Part shown: piece after piece, positions 62,188-64,000 of the stretch
Layout of the letters: the number at the start of each line of letters is the position of its first letter
How positions within the stretch are numbered: the first letter of the stretch is position 1
From: a bacterium
GTDB lineage: Bacteria > Bacteroidota > Bacteroidia > Bacteroidales > UBA3663
DNA length: 64,000 nt
Direction of reading: 5' to 3'
Assembly: GCA_963631395.1 (NCBI GenBank)
Contig: CAVGQN010000003.1
Location: 10,244 to 74,243 of the forward strand
Position numbers and translations under genes: made by a program
The notes under the pieces: generated by a model
Databases searched by the model: none
What the model was told of the DNA's origin: nothing
What the model saw: the letters and a program-made list of their open reading frames with translations, nothing else

Positions 62188-63525
62188 TCATGCCGTTTCC
62201 TTGCCGCTACGGAGCACCTTATAGCAACGCCACCCGTAGAAGGTGATGAAGACGAAGCAGACAAGGGGCAGGATGTAGCTGAAGTTGACGCTCGGCAGAC
62301 CGGCGATGATGTGCTCCGGACCGCCCGCATCGATGATGAAACCCTGCAGCGGAGGGAATACCGAACCGCCCACAATGGCCATCACCAGGAAGGCTGCGCC
62401 AAAGGTAGAGTCCTCAGCACGTACATTCTCGAGGGCAATGCCGTAGATGGTGGGGAACATCAGCGACATGAAGAAGCTGATGGCTATCAGACAGTACAAG
62501 CCCGTCATGCCGTCAATGAGTATAGTGCCGGCCGAAGCACAGGCGGCGCCGATACCGAAGATGAAGAGCAGCAGGCGGCCATTGAAGTAGCGCATCAGAT
62601 AGGTCACAATGAAGCGGGCCGACAGGAACATGCACATAGCCACGATGTTGTAGGTCTGGGCCGTGGCCTTGTCGATACCGAGCCGGTCGGCGTATTGGAT
62701 GATGAAGGTCCACACCATAATCTGTGCAGCCACGTAGAACACCTGTGCAAACACGCCCTCACGGTAGATGTGGTTGTGCCACAAACGGCCGAGCGACTCG
62801 CGGGCAGGAACATGAGCGGAGGTGCCGGTGGTGTCAGGCATCCGCTTGCAGGCAATGATGACGAAGACGATGAGCACCACGATGCCGATGCAGACGTAGG
62901 GGTCGCGTATCACGGCCAGGTCGTGCAGACGTATCTCAGCCTTCTCCGCCTCACTGAGCGAGTAAAAAATGATGTTGCCGGCCTCGTCACGCCGATCGCT
63001 GATGAGATTGGGCAGTACGATGTGGCTGGCTACGGCCATGCCGCACAGCGAGCCCATGGGGTTGAAGGCCTGCGCCATATTGAGACGGCGTGTGGAGGTC
63101 GCCTTCGAGCCAAGCGAAAGGATATACGGATTGGCCGTCGTCTCGAGGAAGGCCAGACCGAAAGTCAGGATATAGAGGGAAAAACAGAAGAACGTAAAGT
63201 TCTGATACGAAGCAGCGGGTATGAAGAGGAAAGCTCCAACGGCATAGAGAGCCAGGCCCAGGAGCACGCCGCTCTTGTAGCTGTACCGCCTGATAAACAG
63301 GGCTGCGGGAATGGCCATCGTGGCGTAGCCTCCGTAGAAGGCAAACTGCACCATCGAGGCGCGCGTGGCCGAAAGCTCCATCACCGTCTGGAAGGCGGCC
63401 ACCATCGGGTTGGTGATGTCGTTGGCAAAGCCCCAAAGGGCGAAGAGACTCGTGATGAGCACAAAGGGCACCACATAGCTGACGCCATTGTAGTGCAGGA
63501 TGGGTCGTGTCTGTTCTGTTTTCAT
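62188..63525 (-). CDS. FucP/GluP-family MFS sugar:H+ symporter
   Basis: ATG 63525. FVLITSLFALWGFANDITNPMVAAFQ matches the FucP-type first helix. About 12 TM segments. The upstream 111 codons of the track ORF are spacer. Confidence 0.8.
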   Translation of the reverse strand: MKTEQTRPILHYNGVSYVVPFVLITSLFALWGFANDITNPMVAAFQTVMELSATRASMVQFAFYGGYATMAIPAALFIRRYSYKSGVLLGLALYAVGAFLFIPAASYQNFTFFCFSLYILTFGLAFLETTANPYILSLGSKATSTRRLNMAQAFNPMGSLCGMAVASHIVLPNLISDRRDEAGNIIFYSLSEAEKAEIRLHDLAVIRDPYVCIGIVVLIVFVIIACKRMPDTTGTSAHVPARESLGRLWHNHIYREGVFAQVFYVAAQIMVWTFIIQYADRLGIDKATAQTYNIVAMCMFLSARFIVTYLMRYFNGRLLLFIFGIGAACASAGTILIDGMTGLYCLIAISFFMSLMFPTIYGIALENVRAEDSTFGAAFLVMAIVGGSVFPPLQGFIIDAGGPEHIIAGLPSVNFSYILPLVCFVFITFYGWRCYKVLRSGKETA

Positions 63526-63738
63526 TGTACTTTGACTTTGTAATATTTTTTTAGGGTATAAGACTTGTTGCGGTTTGACGCTAGCGTGTTTGGCCAAAGC
63601 CATCTTCTGCCTGAACAAAGAGCCTTCTGACTTGCCGGAGCACACAGTCTGCATGTGGGCCGAAAGCGCCTTCTGCCCGGCCAAAGCCATCCTGCCCGGA
63701 AGCAACGGTATTGGACCGATAGCATAGGAAACCGGCGG

Positions 63739-63770
63739 CAAATATAGCGAAAAATAACCGGGTAGACAAA
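63739..63770 (-). promoter_or_regulatory. promoter candidate for the FucP-like transporter gene
   Basis: On the minus strand: TTTG (63770-63767), N20, TATATTTG (63746-63739). This implies a ~205-nt leader. Confidence 0.45.
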
Positions 63771-63818
63771 ATTTCGTACAAAAATTGGGGTAAATTCGTA
63801 CATTTTTCACCTTATCGC

Positions 63819-63850
63819 CTTGCACAATCATAATAAAACCCATACCTTTG
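63819..63850 (+). promoter_or_regulatory. promoter candidate for the transporter gene starting at 63891
   Basis: CTTG (63819-63822), N20, TACCTTTG (63843-63850). Confidence 0.4.
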
Positions 63851-63890
63851 TGCCACAACTTAGATTTTATACTGTTTATTTGATACCGTC

Positions 63891-64000
63891 ATGCATATAG
63901 TCGACCTCATCGTCTTTCTGGTGTGTACAGGAGGAATTGTCCTGATGGGCATCCTCTTCTACAAGCGGGAAACCAGCGCCAGGAAGTTTACCAACGCCGG
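63891..64000 (+). CDS. membrane transporter, N-terminal fragment (possibly sodium:solute symporter family)
   Basis: ATG 63891, MHIVDLIVFLVCTGGIVLMGILFYKRETSARKFTNAG. One TM followed by a basic loop, as at SSS N-termini. Truncated by the window end. Confidence 0.4.
   Translation, partial: MHIVDLIVFLVCTGGIVLMGILFYKRETSARKFTNA

Noticed and set aside
1-64000. Search for rRNA, tRNA, tmRNA, transposases, integrases, prophage or conjugation genes.
   Set aside because: Every ORF of 100 aa or more that is not a shadow ORF is accounted for by the calls above. No spacer has tRNA-like GC-rich cloverleaf potential. None of the proteins shows DDE, tyrosine- or serine-recombinase motifs.

Overview
This window looks like a chromosomal segment of a GC-rich member of Bacteroidota. 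Three things support that: promoter-like TTTG-N18-20-TAnnTTTG boxes, two T9SS C-terminal sorting domains, and the radical-SAM/TPR/DUF4292/M23 gene block. Bacteroidales, possibly Prevotellaceae, is an inference only.

I call 46 protein-coding genes. Two are cut by the window edges and one is interrupted by an in-frame TGA. I found no rRNA, tRNA, CRISPR array, transposase, integrase or phage genes.

Gene content:
- Housekeeping: stand-alone AICAR transformylase, purB, asnS, rluB-like, hflX, glgB, rubrerythrin, plsC.
- Envelope genes.
- An acidic-polysaccharide locus without SusC/SusD (9.7-18.5 kb). It holds two paralogous alginate-lyase-fold enzymes (one fused to a beta-helix hydrolase-like domain, one with LamG and a T9SS sorting domain), a GH43-like pseudogene, and a membrane-tethered HTCS-like AraC regulator that has no kinase or receiver.
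- LacI-kduI-kduD-DUF4861.
- fucO and a FucP-like transporter.
- An fdtA/GNAT/aminotransferase amino-sugar module.
- A GDP-heptose operon (hddA-gmhA-hddC::gmhB).
- An AddB-like nuclease overlapping an ECF sigma module.
- A three-domain acyl-AMP ligase/carrier/acyltransferase gene next to an outer-membrane barrel gene.

The most unusual sequence-level signal is the spacer architecture. Almost every AT-rich intergenic spacer is built from short local tandem or dispersed repeats: an exact 13-nt x6 array, a CCAAAA array, a TTCTAAG heptamer array, and an ACGTTTTGCGTT word family. The same repeat words also occur in frame inside coding sequences, as low-complexity insertions in hddC::gmhB and the M23 peptidase.

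All family and domain calls come from motif recognition by eye. No searches were run.
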